64,000 bases of DNA from Cirrosporium novae-zelandiae. Taxonomy: Eukaryota. Below the pieces are notes generated by a model, which was given only the letters and a program-made list of their open reading frames with translations, made no database searches and had not been told where the DNA came from. Shown here in pieces: positions 1-13,046 of the stretch (position 1 is the stretch's first letter; every line of letters starts with the position of its first letter). Both the position numbers and the translations under genes were made by a program. The stretch is from assembly GCA_026023565.1 (NCBI GenBank), contig JAPETS010000017.1, forward strand, positions 186,001 to 250,000. Reading direction: 5' to 3'.

Positions 1-368
1 CTAGGGCATATGAGTTGCTCGCTAGTCAGTTCTACCAGTGTTCTGAGAAGGTGCATGGACAAATTTTCCTTATAGGCAATGAGAAATGGGATACAGTGGG
101 TGATATAGTGGAGGGGCTTCGGAAGGTGTACGGGGAACGGAAGGTCGAGTGGATGACACCTGATCCAAACAATCAATTTCAGACTCTCATGGCGCATTCA
201 CAGGCAATTTGCGCAGACAAGATGAGAGCCTTGGGTTGGACGACGAAGAAACCTGCACTCGTTGATTCGATTGACGTGTATGTAGCAGCTTGGGAGGAGG
301 CAATGAGGATGGAAGATGCAAGGGCCAAAAAAATGTTGGAGATGGTGAATCTGGTGCTCAAAGAATGA
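1..368 (+). CDS. 3' part of a probable NAD-dependent epimerase/dehydratase (extended SDR); 5' end lies outside the window
   Basis: C-terminal pattern GQIFLIGNE...SQAICADKMRALGW.TKKPALVDSIDVYVAAW resembles the tail of extended SDR enzymes; stop TGA at 366-368. Confidence 0.5.
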   Translation, partial: RAYELLASQFYQCSEKVHGQIFLIGNEKWDTVGDIVEGLRKVYGERKVEWMTPDPNNQFQTLMAHSQAICADKMRALGWTTKKPALVDSIDVYVAAWEEAMRMEDARAKKMLEMVNLVLKE

Positions 369-969
369 TTGAGGGGAAGTGTAATTCTCGATATTGGAGA
401 GTATGATTTGGTTATTCTATAGCTAGCTTCCACTTGATGATGATACATATGTCGAGGTAGATAAATCATAGTAGCTGAACACCACGAGTACGCATTGCTT
501 GAGGTCAGAAATTATCAATCGTAAATTGTTCTTCCTCATCGTGCACCATGCTACTTCTCATATCGTAATGAGTGCTGAAACAAAACAGAGTAAAGGGAAA
601 GGAAGCTCTCTATGTTAGCGTTGAAATGATGCCATGGCAAAAGGCATTTTGCAATCACAGCAGTATAGAGAAGTGTTATACTAAGATGCTAATGGAAACA
701 ATAATTGGAGAGTTTATTAAACATTCTACTCTTATAGATGGTACTGGTTTACTATGGTCAAGGATGAGGAAAGCTTGAAATTAGATAAGATATGCTATCC
801 ACTAATGTATTTAAGCCAAACCACATCTCCCAAGTCCAACGTTTCATTATCACAAATAACTCGGTATTTATGAAACAAAATGATGCTTATGGTCCTTGGC
901 AAAAGTTTTATATACTCGGAAATCACTGGTATATTCGTATATCAAGTTACAGCTTAATGCTTTAATCTA

Positions 970-3461
970 ATGGCTGAATTACAAAAATCGTCAACAGCCA
1001 CCTTTCGGATGTTGCAATCCAACCCCGAACCAGAGGAACCACCGCGCCCAGTAAAACGCGCGAGAGTTACCTTAGCATGCCAGAGGTGCAAGGCAAGGAA
1101 GCAGAAGGTTGGCTCTAAGTCCTGATATTTGGGTTGTCAGTCGTTCGATGCTCTATGGGAGCTTTATGGAAACTCTGCTGACGACTTCTGTTTACAGTGT
1201 GATGGTGCCCATCCAGCTTGCTCAAAATGCAAGGCCCACAAGCTGCCCTGCAAATATATCATACCTAATAAACCAATGCCATTTGGGAAAAATCATTACA
1301 TCAAAGCCCTTGAGAATAAAATTGCTGAATTAAAAAGCTACATTAGAGAAAATTCATTACAATTACAATCGAGTCAGGACGACGTACAGGATGTGCAGAA
1401 CTCTCCCCATTGTCCTTCTGCTTTACAAGATAGCAATCCCCATAGCCCAGAAACAGAAACCTGGCAACCCCAGGAGGAAAATACAACCAATATAACAGAA
1501 GATACTTATGCTTCGGAAAATGATGATAATGAAACCTTTGGATCGCAAAAGGGATTAGATTCCATGGTTGACGTGCTCAGAGATTTGTCGCTAGATGCAA
1601 ATGGCGGTTATATTGGCGCGTCATCTCATGTGAACATAGGGAAACTGATTAGCTCTATAATCAATTCCGGGCGGAGTAAAGACCTTACTGGAAACAGTCA
1701 TGTTCAAGACTCTAGGAACGTTCGTCTACCAACATTGAGTTTAGGAATAGGACAGGAGTGTGAAAGCTTTGGATTCTCAGACGTTCCAGCAGATGTCGCA
1801 GATCGGCTGGTTATTGAATATATGAAACATATTTCCCACCGATGGCCAATCCTTCAGTCTTCGTGGATCCAGAAATTACATCTTAGACGAGACACAATCG
1901 ATAATGTGTTTGAAAAGAGTACCCTTCACCTCATCTATGCCATAGGAGGTTGGTGTCTAGAAACAACTGGGAAGGCCGGAGGATTCTATCCTGAGAAACA
2001 CCATGCAGTCTCGCTGAGAAACCTGGATGGCATTTTACAGTTTCATGATACACGAGCTATACAGACACTGTTATTGCTGGCTATATACTGTTTAAGAGCA
2101 CCTACCGGACCAGGTGCCTGGTTCTACGTGAGGCTAGCCATGCTTATTTGTATTGATCTAGGTTTACACAGACGAACGACCAGTCAGGATAGACCCAGCT
2201 TGAATGCAGAGATGAAAAAACGGTTGTTCTGGTCGTGCTATTGTTTTGATCGACAGATGTCTATTTCACTTGGGCGTCCATTTGCAATATCCGATAGGGA
2301 TATTGATGCTGAATTGCCATTAGACATTGATGAAGCAGCTGACGACATGAAATCACTTGAAAGGACATCTCAAGTCGATTTATCCATCGTGCCAATGACG
2401 AGTACTACACTCTCGTCATTTGTTCATGTTTTAAAGTTGAGACAAATTGAGTCAAATATACAGCAAAATATTTATCGCGTAGATCGATCAGGAGAAGCAT
2501 CAGCTGTTGAGACCGACTATTTTCTTGAACAGCTTTCTAGGTGGAGAAGTATGATCCCATTGGATATCAGAAAGAAAGCAAATGCCCAGTCAATAACCCT
2601 CGACGGGTATGATTTCTATGTACGCTCCCTTTATGCAGTTGCTCGCTCTATATATTATGGAATCATTATTGACCAGATCTATCAAAGATGATATGCTACT
2701 ATAAAGCTCTCCGTCTACTTTTATATCCACAGATATTAAAACCCACGGTTGATCCGCGATTCCTTCGCACTTGTGCTCAAGCTTGTGTTGGAATTTGCCA
2801 AATTTATAAACGCTTGTACCAGAACACGTCTGTTGGATGCTCAATGGAGGCTCTACAGACAGTACTCCTAGCCGGTATTTCTTTCTATTTAGATAGCCTA
2901 CGATATACTATACCATCACTAATATGAAACCCAGGCTTGACTTTAATCTATTGCACCTGGATCTCCCCAGAAATCTTCAACAATTCCACGAGCAATGACA
3001 TCGACTCCTGTAACATTGTCCTAATTTTTATAACAGAGCGATTACCAGGCACCAAGAAGTATCAAAATGCATTCGAACTCGCAAAGAACAAAGTCATCGA
3101 TTCGATTGCCGATGGCAGCCACCAAAAACCTCAAGAAGCAATAGGAGCTCTTACACCAGACCTACGATCGACCCTTGACTCTTTCGAGGTAGGCGACGAC
3201 GGGCGCGAAGAGCTCTCTCGCATGATGCACAACATGGCTGGAATCCAAAAAGGCGCTGAACTAGCACTCGCCCAAGCTGCATCCGCAGGTCCCCAATTTT
3301 ACTCGTCTGAAGGCCCACTCGAATTTCCTCACTTGGGGACGCAATTTCAGTTCAACCGAGTATTTGGCGATCATATGATCACAGGTCTTGAAATGACAGG
3401 CGTACGATTTCCCCAGCATGATGATGATGACAATGATAATGATTCCAATTTCTCAAAATGA
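970..3461 (+). CDS. Zn(II)2Cys6 fungal transcription factor with Fungal_trans (MHR) domain, Ppr1/UaY-like; 4 exons
   Basis: Exons 970-1107, 1198-2619, 2688-2874, 2935-3461 with GT..AG introns. The spliced binuclear cluster reads ACQRCKARKQK|CDGAHPACSKCKAHKLPCKY. MHR motifs CIDLGLHR and KRLFWSCYCFDRQMSISLGRPFAISDRDID are present. Confidence 0.93.
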
Positions 3462-5191
3462 CATACTCCCTGAAGGCCATCATGCGCCCAGCACCGGACT
3501 AGTCTAGAAAATCTTTTAATTGTCAAGTTAAAAATGTGGCATTCCAAAAGCGATTGTGGGATTTAAAGATTCCGGGGAAACCGTTCATCGGATCTCCAAT
3601 TCCGCTTCCGATATGTTCGTTTCTCTACACGGCCTACACTTCCGTACACATATCGGGTACTCTATCCCGCGCCCTTATTCCCTGAATGGGAATATCTCTC
3701 CGTTATCTTTGCATTTCGCAACAAATAACCCTGGGATGGTTGGTGGTGGTGGCCCCGAAACAACTTGTGTTCTAGACATTCAATGTCTCGAGATTGTTCC
3801 CTTTTCGGGATTGGACAAAGCCGAAAGGAGGATGTGGTGGATCTCTATAATTATATATTGTTACGAAAATGGTACAGTACTTCAGCAATATCATCAATCT
3901 CTTTGCCCGGCTTCTGGGAGAATTTTACTGGAAGGTATGATTTGTCGGATGCCATAAATACTATACTAGATTGGGTTCGATTCCCAAGAGCAGCTAGTGA
4001 TTGGTCACAGCTTAGTATCAGTGTTCTTTCTATGATGAGTCTCCATCCCTTAATCTTTCTAGGACTGTTGCATATGGGGGGGGGGGCGCCCCAGAACCCT
4101 AACTAGCTATCAATTTCCAAGCTAAATATGTTACAGTATGCATACACTTAAAAAGAATTAGAGAGCGGGGGGGTTGGAACATGCATATCTATATTCTATT
4201 AAAGGCTAAGGGAAATGACAAGTGGGAAAAATAAAGAGGGTGTGGTGTGCTTGCTTGCTTATTCTTTCCAGAAGAGAAAGAATCCCCTCCCACCACCTCT
4301 TCAAAGAAAAGCGAAACAGTATTTTTTTTTTTGCGGGTTTTATTGGTAAGTAATATGCTTCCATACCATGCCATACTATCTAGACAAAGTCCCTACCATA
4401 CCTACCTCCTAAACACTTATCAGCTAGGAGCTAGGGGATTTTATAGCAAAAGAGATACAGTAGATGGCCCAAGGTTTGCAAGCAAGCAAGGTTTATATCA
4501 ATCAGCAATTTCTGGATAATTATCAACAAAAAAGCTCTTCTATCTAAACACAAACTTAACAAATCTTAACAAACTTTAACTAAACTCTTTTCCCTTTTTT
4601 TTCAATTAAATCACTTTACTTTATATATATAATTATATTCGAAAAGACGGTAACTAAAAAATAAAAATAAAAAATATGCATCAAGGTCCTTCAAAAAAGA
4701 AAATCTCTCTCCATTGGACACTGCTATTATTCAGTACAGAAGTCAAACCTCCCATTAATCCATATTACTTTGTTCGAAATGTATATTCGAAGAATTAACT
4801 ATATTTCATTAAAAAGATCAGTGTCCGGCCCTTGAAAGAAAGGACTAAACGGGATCCCATCAACACCTCTCCATGATGTTTTTTGGAATCCCTAATTTTT
4901 TCCCTTGATACCAATTCCCCCCTATCGAGTCATTCTTCATGTCCCAAAGTTTTTCTAAACCATACATAATCTCGAACCGAGTTTGCATCCAATGCTGTCC
5001 CTGGGAATCAATCAATCAATCTTCAATTCCTTGCCCTTGTTCCGTGTTTTCAATTTTCTTTTACAGTGTGTCCGGCCTTTGCTAAAGCTATCAACGAAAG
5101 ACATCCCATGTTAATTGTTAAAATTTAACGCCAGGTAATGTTCCCCGAGACCTCCCGGTCAATGGTGCTGTGATCTTAAAGCGTTTTGTTT

Positions 5192-6886
5192 TTAAACACC
5201 TGCGTATAAGTCAACAACGATATTTACAGCTGCAACGAGGATTTCGGCTGCGATAAGGATGATAACTAGGAATCACGATGAAGAGTTAGCGTTCCTAATT
5301 TATCTGGTATATTTTGTTTTCTTCCTCGTTCAAATTAAAAAAGGGGAACACTCACCTATCCACTCTAAATATTCACTATGCCTATGACTTAACTGATCCT
5401 TCAACACGGCCAATAAATCCGCAATGACGCTTAGCCTTTCCGTTAATAATGCCACTCTCTGGTTCATCTCCAGATAACTCCTCACAGCACTGTATATCGG
5501 CTCTAATTGGGGCTCTGCCCACATCAGCTCCGGTGAATCCAGCACTGAGCCTTGAAGATGTATGTTTATTCGTAAGATGAAAAGTTCGCCGATTCGCATG
5601 TTTATCTGCCGACGGGACATATTAACAGACCCGGTTGACGCGATTTGTGTCGGTAGGCTAGAGGTTGCGGCGATTGTGGTGGTGACGAGGTCTTCGAATA
5701 AACTGGTTTTGACGCTTTGAGATAATGCATGGCTTATTGCCAACTTCGTCATGTAATTTTTCTTATCCATCAAAGAGATGAAATCATTGTATATCCTAGC
5801 TTGGTACTCGCGCGTATAGTAGAAATTGAAGTTTTCTGTCTGGACATCGTCGGATGCAAGCTTCTCGGATTCGAATTTCGAGATATCTCTTAGGAAACGA
5901 AGTTCTTGCTGGGGGGTCATACCCCATATTACCACAGTTCCATATTCAAAAAGGAAGACTTCGGGAGTGTGGACTTCGGTGTCCAGCTCTGGACCATCAG
6001 TAGTGGAAGTTGTGAGAGGCTGGAGAGAAGAAGGTAATTGAAGAGATGTATCCGAAGGGAGCGCGGGAATCGCATTGCTGGAACTGGCAGTATGGGTAAG
6101 GTCGATAAGATCGGACGGACGAGAAACGGCAAAATCCTGAACGTCAACTACGCTGTCTGAGTGTCTTCGTTCTAAAAGTGGTGGATCTGGCAAAGAAGGA
6201 CGTGGAGCTCCATCACCAACATCGGTGCCTTTATTCACATTACCCTTAGTCTTAAAATTGTAGTTATACGGCGAGTATATGCATTCGTCGAACTGCTTTG
6301 GATTTGCACCTCTTGTTCGGACTCTTGATTTTAAGAACTTCATAAGCCCATCAAGTCGATAGGCGCTCGCAGTACAATATGCCGTTACACGCGGTAATCG
6401 ATCGCGATCCGCCTTTCCAAGCCGTGCAGCATCCTGTCTTGCCCTCGGTTCCTTGATCTTTGTAAACTGTGAATAAACATCGCGTCCACTTTCCTCGACT
6501 TCTTCAGCTGGATCCGTAGTTGGGAGGAACTTCAGCTTTTGGGCATTCTTCGTTGTTCTTTGTGGTCCGACCTTTGGTGGAGGACCAAACATCGGCTGTG
6601 TGGTATATGGTGAACCATGGCTGTGACGTCGACTGAGCTTGTTATTGAGGGCAGAGAGTGTGGATGCGGTAGAGCTGCCAGTATGACCGGTTTGGAAGGA
6701 AGGTGATGGTTGTGAAGGAGGTTGAAGAGCAGAGCTGATGGTAGAAGCTCCAGAAGGCAAGCTTGCTGTTGTAATTGGATTAAACGTGACCGTTCTCTGA
6801 GGACGAGGACTAACAGACTTGGAGGGTGTTGATGGCGAAATATGGGGTGACAACAAAGGCTCCGTTTCTGATGCCGTAGTGGTCAT
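5192..6886 (-). CDS. RMD1: Sporulation protein Rmd1 / DUF155 family; 2 exons
   Basis: Motifs LPRVTAYCTA, EVFLFEYGTVVIWG, ARIYNDFI, KLAISHALSQSVK, VRSYLEM.QRV.LL.ERL. Intron 5266-5355 joins LEWI|VIILIAAEILVAAVNIVVDLYAGV* (C-terminal TM). Confidence 0.9.
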
Positions 6887-7340
6887 GATGACGGTGGAGG
6901 ATTAAAAGGCGGCGGTAGGTTCAAGATCACTCACAGGGTTCATTGCAGATGCTAGTCATTTTTGTGGAACTGAGGCATTGTTTTGGATACTGAAGTAAAA
7001 AGTAGGTATTAAACTACGGATAGAAGTTGAGGCATGTGCTATGGCCATGTTCTATGAAACTATGAGCTATCGATAATTAAACCCAGCCGTTACACCCTGA
7101 TACAGTTCGCTTTTACCCTTTCGTGCCTTAGAAGCCCGGAAACTTCCTCATGACGTACACCGAGAAATCCACGTGATTTCAATAGCCCTGATATGATATT
7201 TCCAATTATCTTACCACAGTTCAACTAGAATTTACATATTCTATGTCAAATATTCCATGTCAAATATTCCAGGTGAAACTTGCGCTAAAATAAGGGCATG
7301 TGCAAGGGAGAAAAGGTCTCCGGAACATTCAGAAAGGTAC

Positions 7341-8498
7341 TTATTTGCGAATAAATCCACCACCACTCCCAAAAGTCACCTTCCGCTGGACCTCAAAGCT
7401 GCCCTTCCCATTACGCCGCTTAGACAACCAAGATTCTTTTTGTTTCCGTACTTCCTTGGATGCTCGAGGAGCTCTACCACTTCGGTCATTATCTAAAACG
7501 TGGACATGTACAGGACCACGCTTAATATCCTTTGGTTTCTCATCTTTGTCGGCAAAAATTATTCGCTTGGGTAATACTTTGCGATGTTCGCGAGTAGGAG
7601 TTGGGGGTCGTGGTTGAGGCTCGTGTGCCAATAGTTCTTCGGGTAATAAAGCTGGCATTGTAGGCTGATCAATTAGAAATAAGTTTGGGAAGGTGGCTGT
7701 TGATTTTGGCGAAGGCTCTGGCTGGTCTAAAAGGCTCTCCAAGTTCACGGTTTCGAGTTCAATACGTTTTCTCGACTTTGCCTGTTCGCGAAGCTGTAGA
7801 TCGCGTTTACGGCGTTTCTCTTTCAAGATATCGTTCTGTCTGAAATGGATCCGCAGTCATTAGTAAAATCACGATGTAATACCTTAAGGTGAGGCAAACC
7901 TCTTGATTGCTTTATTTGCTTCTTCATCATGGTCACGAGCGCTCTTTACGGCAGCAATATTCATGACAGCCTCCGGTGCTTCATCATCGCTGCTTTCCAA
8001 CTCCGCGGAATCTCGTTCGTTCTCGGATTGTTTTTCCTTTTCATTCCCGTCACTCAATGGTACTTTCTGATCCGGTTTAGGCTCTGTGCTATCGAATCGT
8101 TTATGCGCTCTAGCAACTGAAGTTTCGTGATGATCCTCCCTCAATGTTGCACTGGCTTCAACTTCAGTAGCATCGTCCTCTTTGTTCCTTCGTTTATCGG
8201 TAGAGGTAGTTGACTTTCTTCGTTTCCGTGCATTTGCAGAACTAAGACCTTCGTCCACCACGTCAATTTTTCTCTTCCCAGATATATTTATTCCTTCTGA
8301 GTCCTGAGCAGTGTTTGAACCTATTTTTTGAGCGTGCAGTTCAGAGCTCAGCGGTAAAGTGACAGCCATGTCTTGTAATGGGTCGTTTCCAATGGGCCTA
8401 ATAGGTAGTGCGGTAGAACCTTGAGAGGGCTTTGGGTTTTCGTTAGTAAATGTCCTCGAGAGGATTTGCGAGGTAGCATCAAGGAATTTAGATAGCAT
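7341..8498 (-). CDS. U3 snoRNA-associated protein (Bud21/Utp16-like); 2 exons
   Basis: Intron 7840-7899 joins the two ORFs. Motifs SSDDEAPEAV, a basic KEKRRKRD coil, PALLPEELL...RPPTP and KDIKRGPVHVHVL; basic GGGGF tail. Confidence 0.65.
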
Positions 8499-8842
8499 TG
8501 AATCACGTGTGAAACGATAATCTGGGGAGCCTTTAATCAGGAATTATGAGATCTGGTCTGATGCAATAAATTTGTTATCATGTTGAAAGTAGTTTTACAG
8601 TTAAGAATTTTTAAGATTTAGACCCCGGTCCATTTTCGATTTTCGGTTTTCTACCGGCGCAGCTCTTCTATGATGTCGACCCTTGTACCTAGTTAAGTTC
8701 CACAGTAGTCAACCTCAATCGTATTAATAGGCCAGGACTCCATTACAATTGTCACTGTTAATTATATCTGACCCTCAAACTTCTCGGTTCTCCCATTTCT
8801 ATATTCATAGCTATAATGCTGTACTCACATCCGCGCTAGAGC

Positions 8843-10184
8843 ATGCCCTACGAACTTGTTCCACTCTCAACCCGTCGAACAACTAGGTACCATATATCTA
8901 CATTAGCGAGAGGACCATGGCTACAATAAGATCCATATCGGACACTGGACGGCATACCAGCCATCTACTAAAACTAGTCATCAGGCCTCGAGTGACAGTT
9001 TTCATTTTTTGCAGGCCAGTACATGCAACGAACGCTCATCTCGCCGCCCAACGCGCTCCGTCTACTGTTAGGAAGGAAAGAAAAGTAGCGAGAATGGTTG
9101 AGAGAAAACGGCCATCTGCAGTAAAGACGGAGACTAGTAACTTGCCAATAGGAGAGCTTTTAAAAGCCCATAAAAGCGACATTGAGGACCTTAGGATCTC
9201 CAAGGCTGTGGGGTTCCTCGAACAGTTTGTGTTGTTGGGTCCCATGCCTGATCTCGACAGGGCATCATCCCTTTGCAAAGGTATGTCGCCCTTCAACCTC
9301 AGATTTTTTGTTTCTAATAGTCTGTAGAATATGGAGTCTCCCCATCAACTCTGTATCGTCTCGCATTAGTAATCAATTCGTCCTCAGCCCACCAGACCGG
9401 AGGGTATCCTCTCATATATTGTGCTTCTGCATTAGGTCACTGTGGTGCAACCATCCATATAATTATCAATGCTCTCTCTGGCGGCAAACTCCAAAGCCCT
9501 AGGATTGCGTCGGCAAGACGACATCTAGCAGACCTCGTAAAAGCGAAATATCGGCCCGCAATGGTACTTCAAGGGAAAGTCCTCGAGTCCCAAGGTCAAC
9601 TTTCAAAGGCTATTGACTTGTATTTTGAAGCTCAGAAGATTACTGTGGACCCATCTGCATCGGTAGATGAGAATGTAGGTCAACTGGGAAAATATCTCTC
9701 GCCTGGGCTGGCTTTGGCTGATGCCTTAGCGAAGCGGAGCAACAGTGGAGACAAAGGTATTAAAGCCGCGCTCGAAAAGGCTGCATTGGAAGAAGACGAG
9801 CCGATGGCCTATTATCTCCTTTCAAATTTGCTCCAGGATCGGAGATCGGATACGTATCGTGACTACAACCTGAAAGCAGCACAGACTGGTATTTCAATGG
9901 CAGCCAATAACTTGGGGTGCTACTATATGTCCGTATCATCAGCACACTCCGATAATACTCTACTTGCAAGAGATTGGTTTGAGGTAGCTGCCCAAGCAGG
10001 AATAGGAAAGGGTCAACTTATGCTAGCCGTCATCCTTCACGGAGAAGGTCTTATTACCAGTGGTAGAGCCTGGCTTGAGAAAGCTGAAGGTGACCCTACT
10101 GTAACTAGTATTGCAAGGGATCTAAAGAAAATGTGGGATCATGACCACTCATCCATCCGCAAACGGGTTTCAGGTCTCCTCTAA
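8843..10184 (+). CDS. Sel1/TPR-like repeat protein, Mss2-like (probably mitochondrial); start uncertain (8843 or 8917)
   Basis: Intron 9281-9327 (GTATGT..TAG) joins ...SLCK|EYGVSPSTLYRLAL... in frame to ORF 9561-10184. Sel1-like segments: PAMVLQGKVLESQG..KAIDLY, KAAQTGISMAANNLG, ARDWFEVAAQAG. Confidence 0.6.
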
Positions 10185-13046
10185 TCAGGATTCCTACCCA
10201 TTAAGGCCTGCAGTGTCTACAGACAAACTGATCAGAGAGTCATTGGGCACACATACTTCATACATGTATGGCGATGCCTTTTTAGCTAATTATGGGGTAT
10301 AGTCCTTTCTCTGTGGTTCAAGCTCTAGTGAAGTACGCAATCTTCGAACCTGGTAGGGGGGTATTTAAATTCGTCATGACAAGGGGAGGGGACATGCTTA
10401 AGTTCTCCGAACCACACCAGTGCCTTCGAGAATGGGTTTAACCTAAGCCCAAAAGTGCCCAGGTGCTGTTCTTAAGACTTCATGAACTCGAGGCAAGGAG
10501 CAATCAGATTCAATAAATCCCTAGCCATTGAGAGTATACCCAATAAGCAAGGCTGACTGCCAGCCAAGTGAGTCTTTTCCATCTTTAGCAGCTACACCTA
10601 AGTTTCCAATGAGCTATTCGATACTCTATGGTTTAGCACCTTTTCTCCGGAGATTCCTCCGAAATTAATCTCCTGTTGGCTTCTCTTGAAGTACAAATGA
10701 CGACCTTGAGCCAGGCTTCATGAGTTCAACCAACTCTATGAAGCTTATTAGATCCACATACACGCAAGTGATCCCCTACCATCACTCTTTACCCTGTCCG
10801 CAGTGGTTCATCTGAGGATGGTTGGGATTTCCTGACGTAGAGACCATGAACATGAACGCTGCTGCTACAAATAAGATTGTGCTTGTAAAAGCCAACTGGA
10901 ATCTCGGCTTCTTTTTTTAGCAGAAATATTATTATTTCTTCAAAAGTTCTCACAATATTTTACGATCAACGGTCAAAGCTTAGAGCAGTTCAATCTCCTT
11001 AGAACATAGTATTTCTCAAACCGATAGGTTCTGGTGGAGAAAGAAGAGCATCCCTGAGTCGATTGGCTATCACTATCACATGGCCCATTAGAAGGAGAAA
11101 TTTGAATGCTTCGTCCAACATTGAATGAAAATTTCCAGTTGAAGGTAATTGTGACCTGTTTCTGGGTCTTAGATCCGCCGCCTTCCTCTTTCCTCTTTCT
11201 TTTTTTCTTCGGTTTGGAGACAACCCTAAAGCTGTCATGCAGACCGGCTCAACATCCTGGTTTACTTAATAACGGCACGAAAAGTGGATTGGCTTGCATG
11301 GGACAGAAGTCGACTTCCTTGTCAGCAAACGGGTAAAGCAGCCAAGCTTTCTCCGCAACATCCCTTCTCAGCCTCTGTGGCGCTTATTTTTGGACTGTGT
11401 ATGTGTTACTGTTGTGATTAAAGTAATAACTAAGCAAGCTGAGGGTGGAAAATAACAGCTTCTATCGTGTATCTAGCCGCCACCCTAGTTTACCATTTCA
11501 AGGAAGCTATGTCTCCCAGCTTCATTGCCGAGGCCCCAGTCCCTGCAGTAATCCATGATGATGGTTTGGGCGATATACAGTTCCTCGAATGGCGCCATGA
11601 CTCATTCTACCCTACTTTGGATTGAGTGTTGACATTTATCAACAAAAATCAGAAATACTCTTTCCGAGGACCGGAAGGATTGACTGTTGGCAATCTCGGT
11701 GCGATATGGTTGACTGGTTTCTAATGCGGCTGGTCCAACAAGGAAAGGCTTATTGCGGAACGACAGCCGACTATCATTAGTAGATGTCATCGGTTAAATC
11801 ATGGCAATTTCCCGCAGGTCATGGACAAAGTCTTTTGTGTGGCTTATATATCGGCCCCATGTTTTTTGTTTTGTTTTATTTTTGTTGTTGTTTTATTTTG
11901 TTTTGTTTTATTATGATTGGCTGAGGACTTACCAAAATGCTGGTTAGCCGGTACCACTGCCTTGTAGTGGAAGGAAAATCGTGTGATTGGGAGAGAATAA
12001 GTAATCATAAAATGAGGGATGTAGTGGTGCAGAGGTGTGCAGACACGACAATAACGGTCATGGCCCCAGTGGCCGCGATGGCTCCCAGTGGCTCCTAGTG
12101 GTGTCCCCAGTCGCAAGGCATCGTTTAAAATCCTGGGGGCTCTTGGTTATTGGCGGATTCAAGCATACGAATAGAAATCTACTCACTATCACGACACAAT
12201 GATGTAGGAATGCAAAAGGACAATCATCTCATGCCCGAGATGACATCTCAACCAGTTTTAGAGGCTGCATGAGAGATGCAAGAAATACGAGAATTAAAAT
12301 AATGTCAACGGCTTAAGACCAACGTCAGTGAGCATGAATAGCTCGACGGCAGCTAGCGGTTGACACTTAGACTGGAATTCCCCAGACCAAGATCGACGGC
12401 GGACTCATATCATATGATCTGGCTTTTTTTGTTAAGTTTTTCTAATGTCGACTTCGTTTTTAAAAAGAACAATAAAGTTGAGAATCCGGAACCTGTCACA
12501 GATGACAAAACAAATCAGCAGGACGGCTCACGAGAATCCCCTTTGGTCTTTCCGACCCTCGGATTTCTATTGATGCATCATCCCTGGTCATTGACACATG
12601 TTGTACGTCGTCGTTAACGACAGTCATCTTGGTTTATCCTATTTGGTTTCTGAATTGGAAGAATTAATTCGGCATTAATTATTTTTATCTTTGCATTATA
12701 CAGACCCGATAACGGGAGAGTCCGGGCTTTGGAAGAGAATACTTGAATGATGAGGAGGACAAGGAGAGATGGGGGGGAGAAAGAGAGAACGAGAGGGAGG
12801 GAGAAAGAGAGAACGAGAGGGAGGGAGAGGAAGAGGGAGAGGTGTCTTCCGGTGTGTCACAACATTTCATACACAAATACATTAATGCATCTCATAATGT
12901 GTATATTATTGGTTGAAATTCATAGTGTTAGAGTATTGGGGCCCTCGCCTCCCCCTGGTCTATGGCTTTTTTTTGGCAAGAAAAGAAAAAGAAAAGAAAA
13001 AGAGAAAAGGAAAAAAAAGTAAAAAAAGATAGTGAACGAGTCATTA

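Noticed and set aside
1129..1197. N-terminus of the 520-aa ORF as listed
   Set aside because: It is intron sequence; the true start is ATG 970, which supplies the first two cysteines of the Zn cluster.
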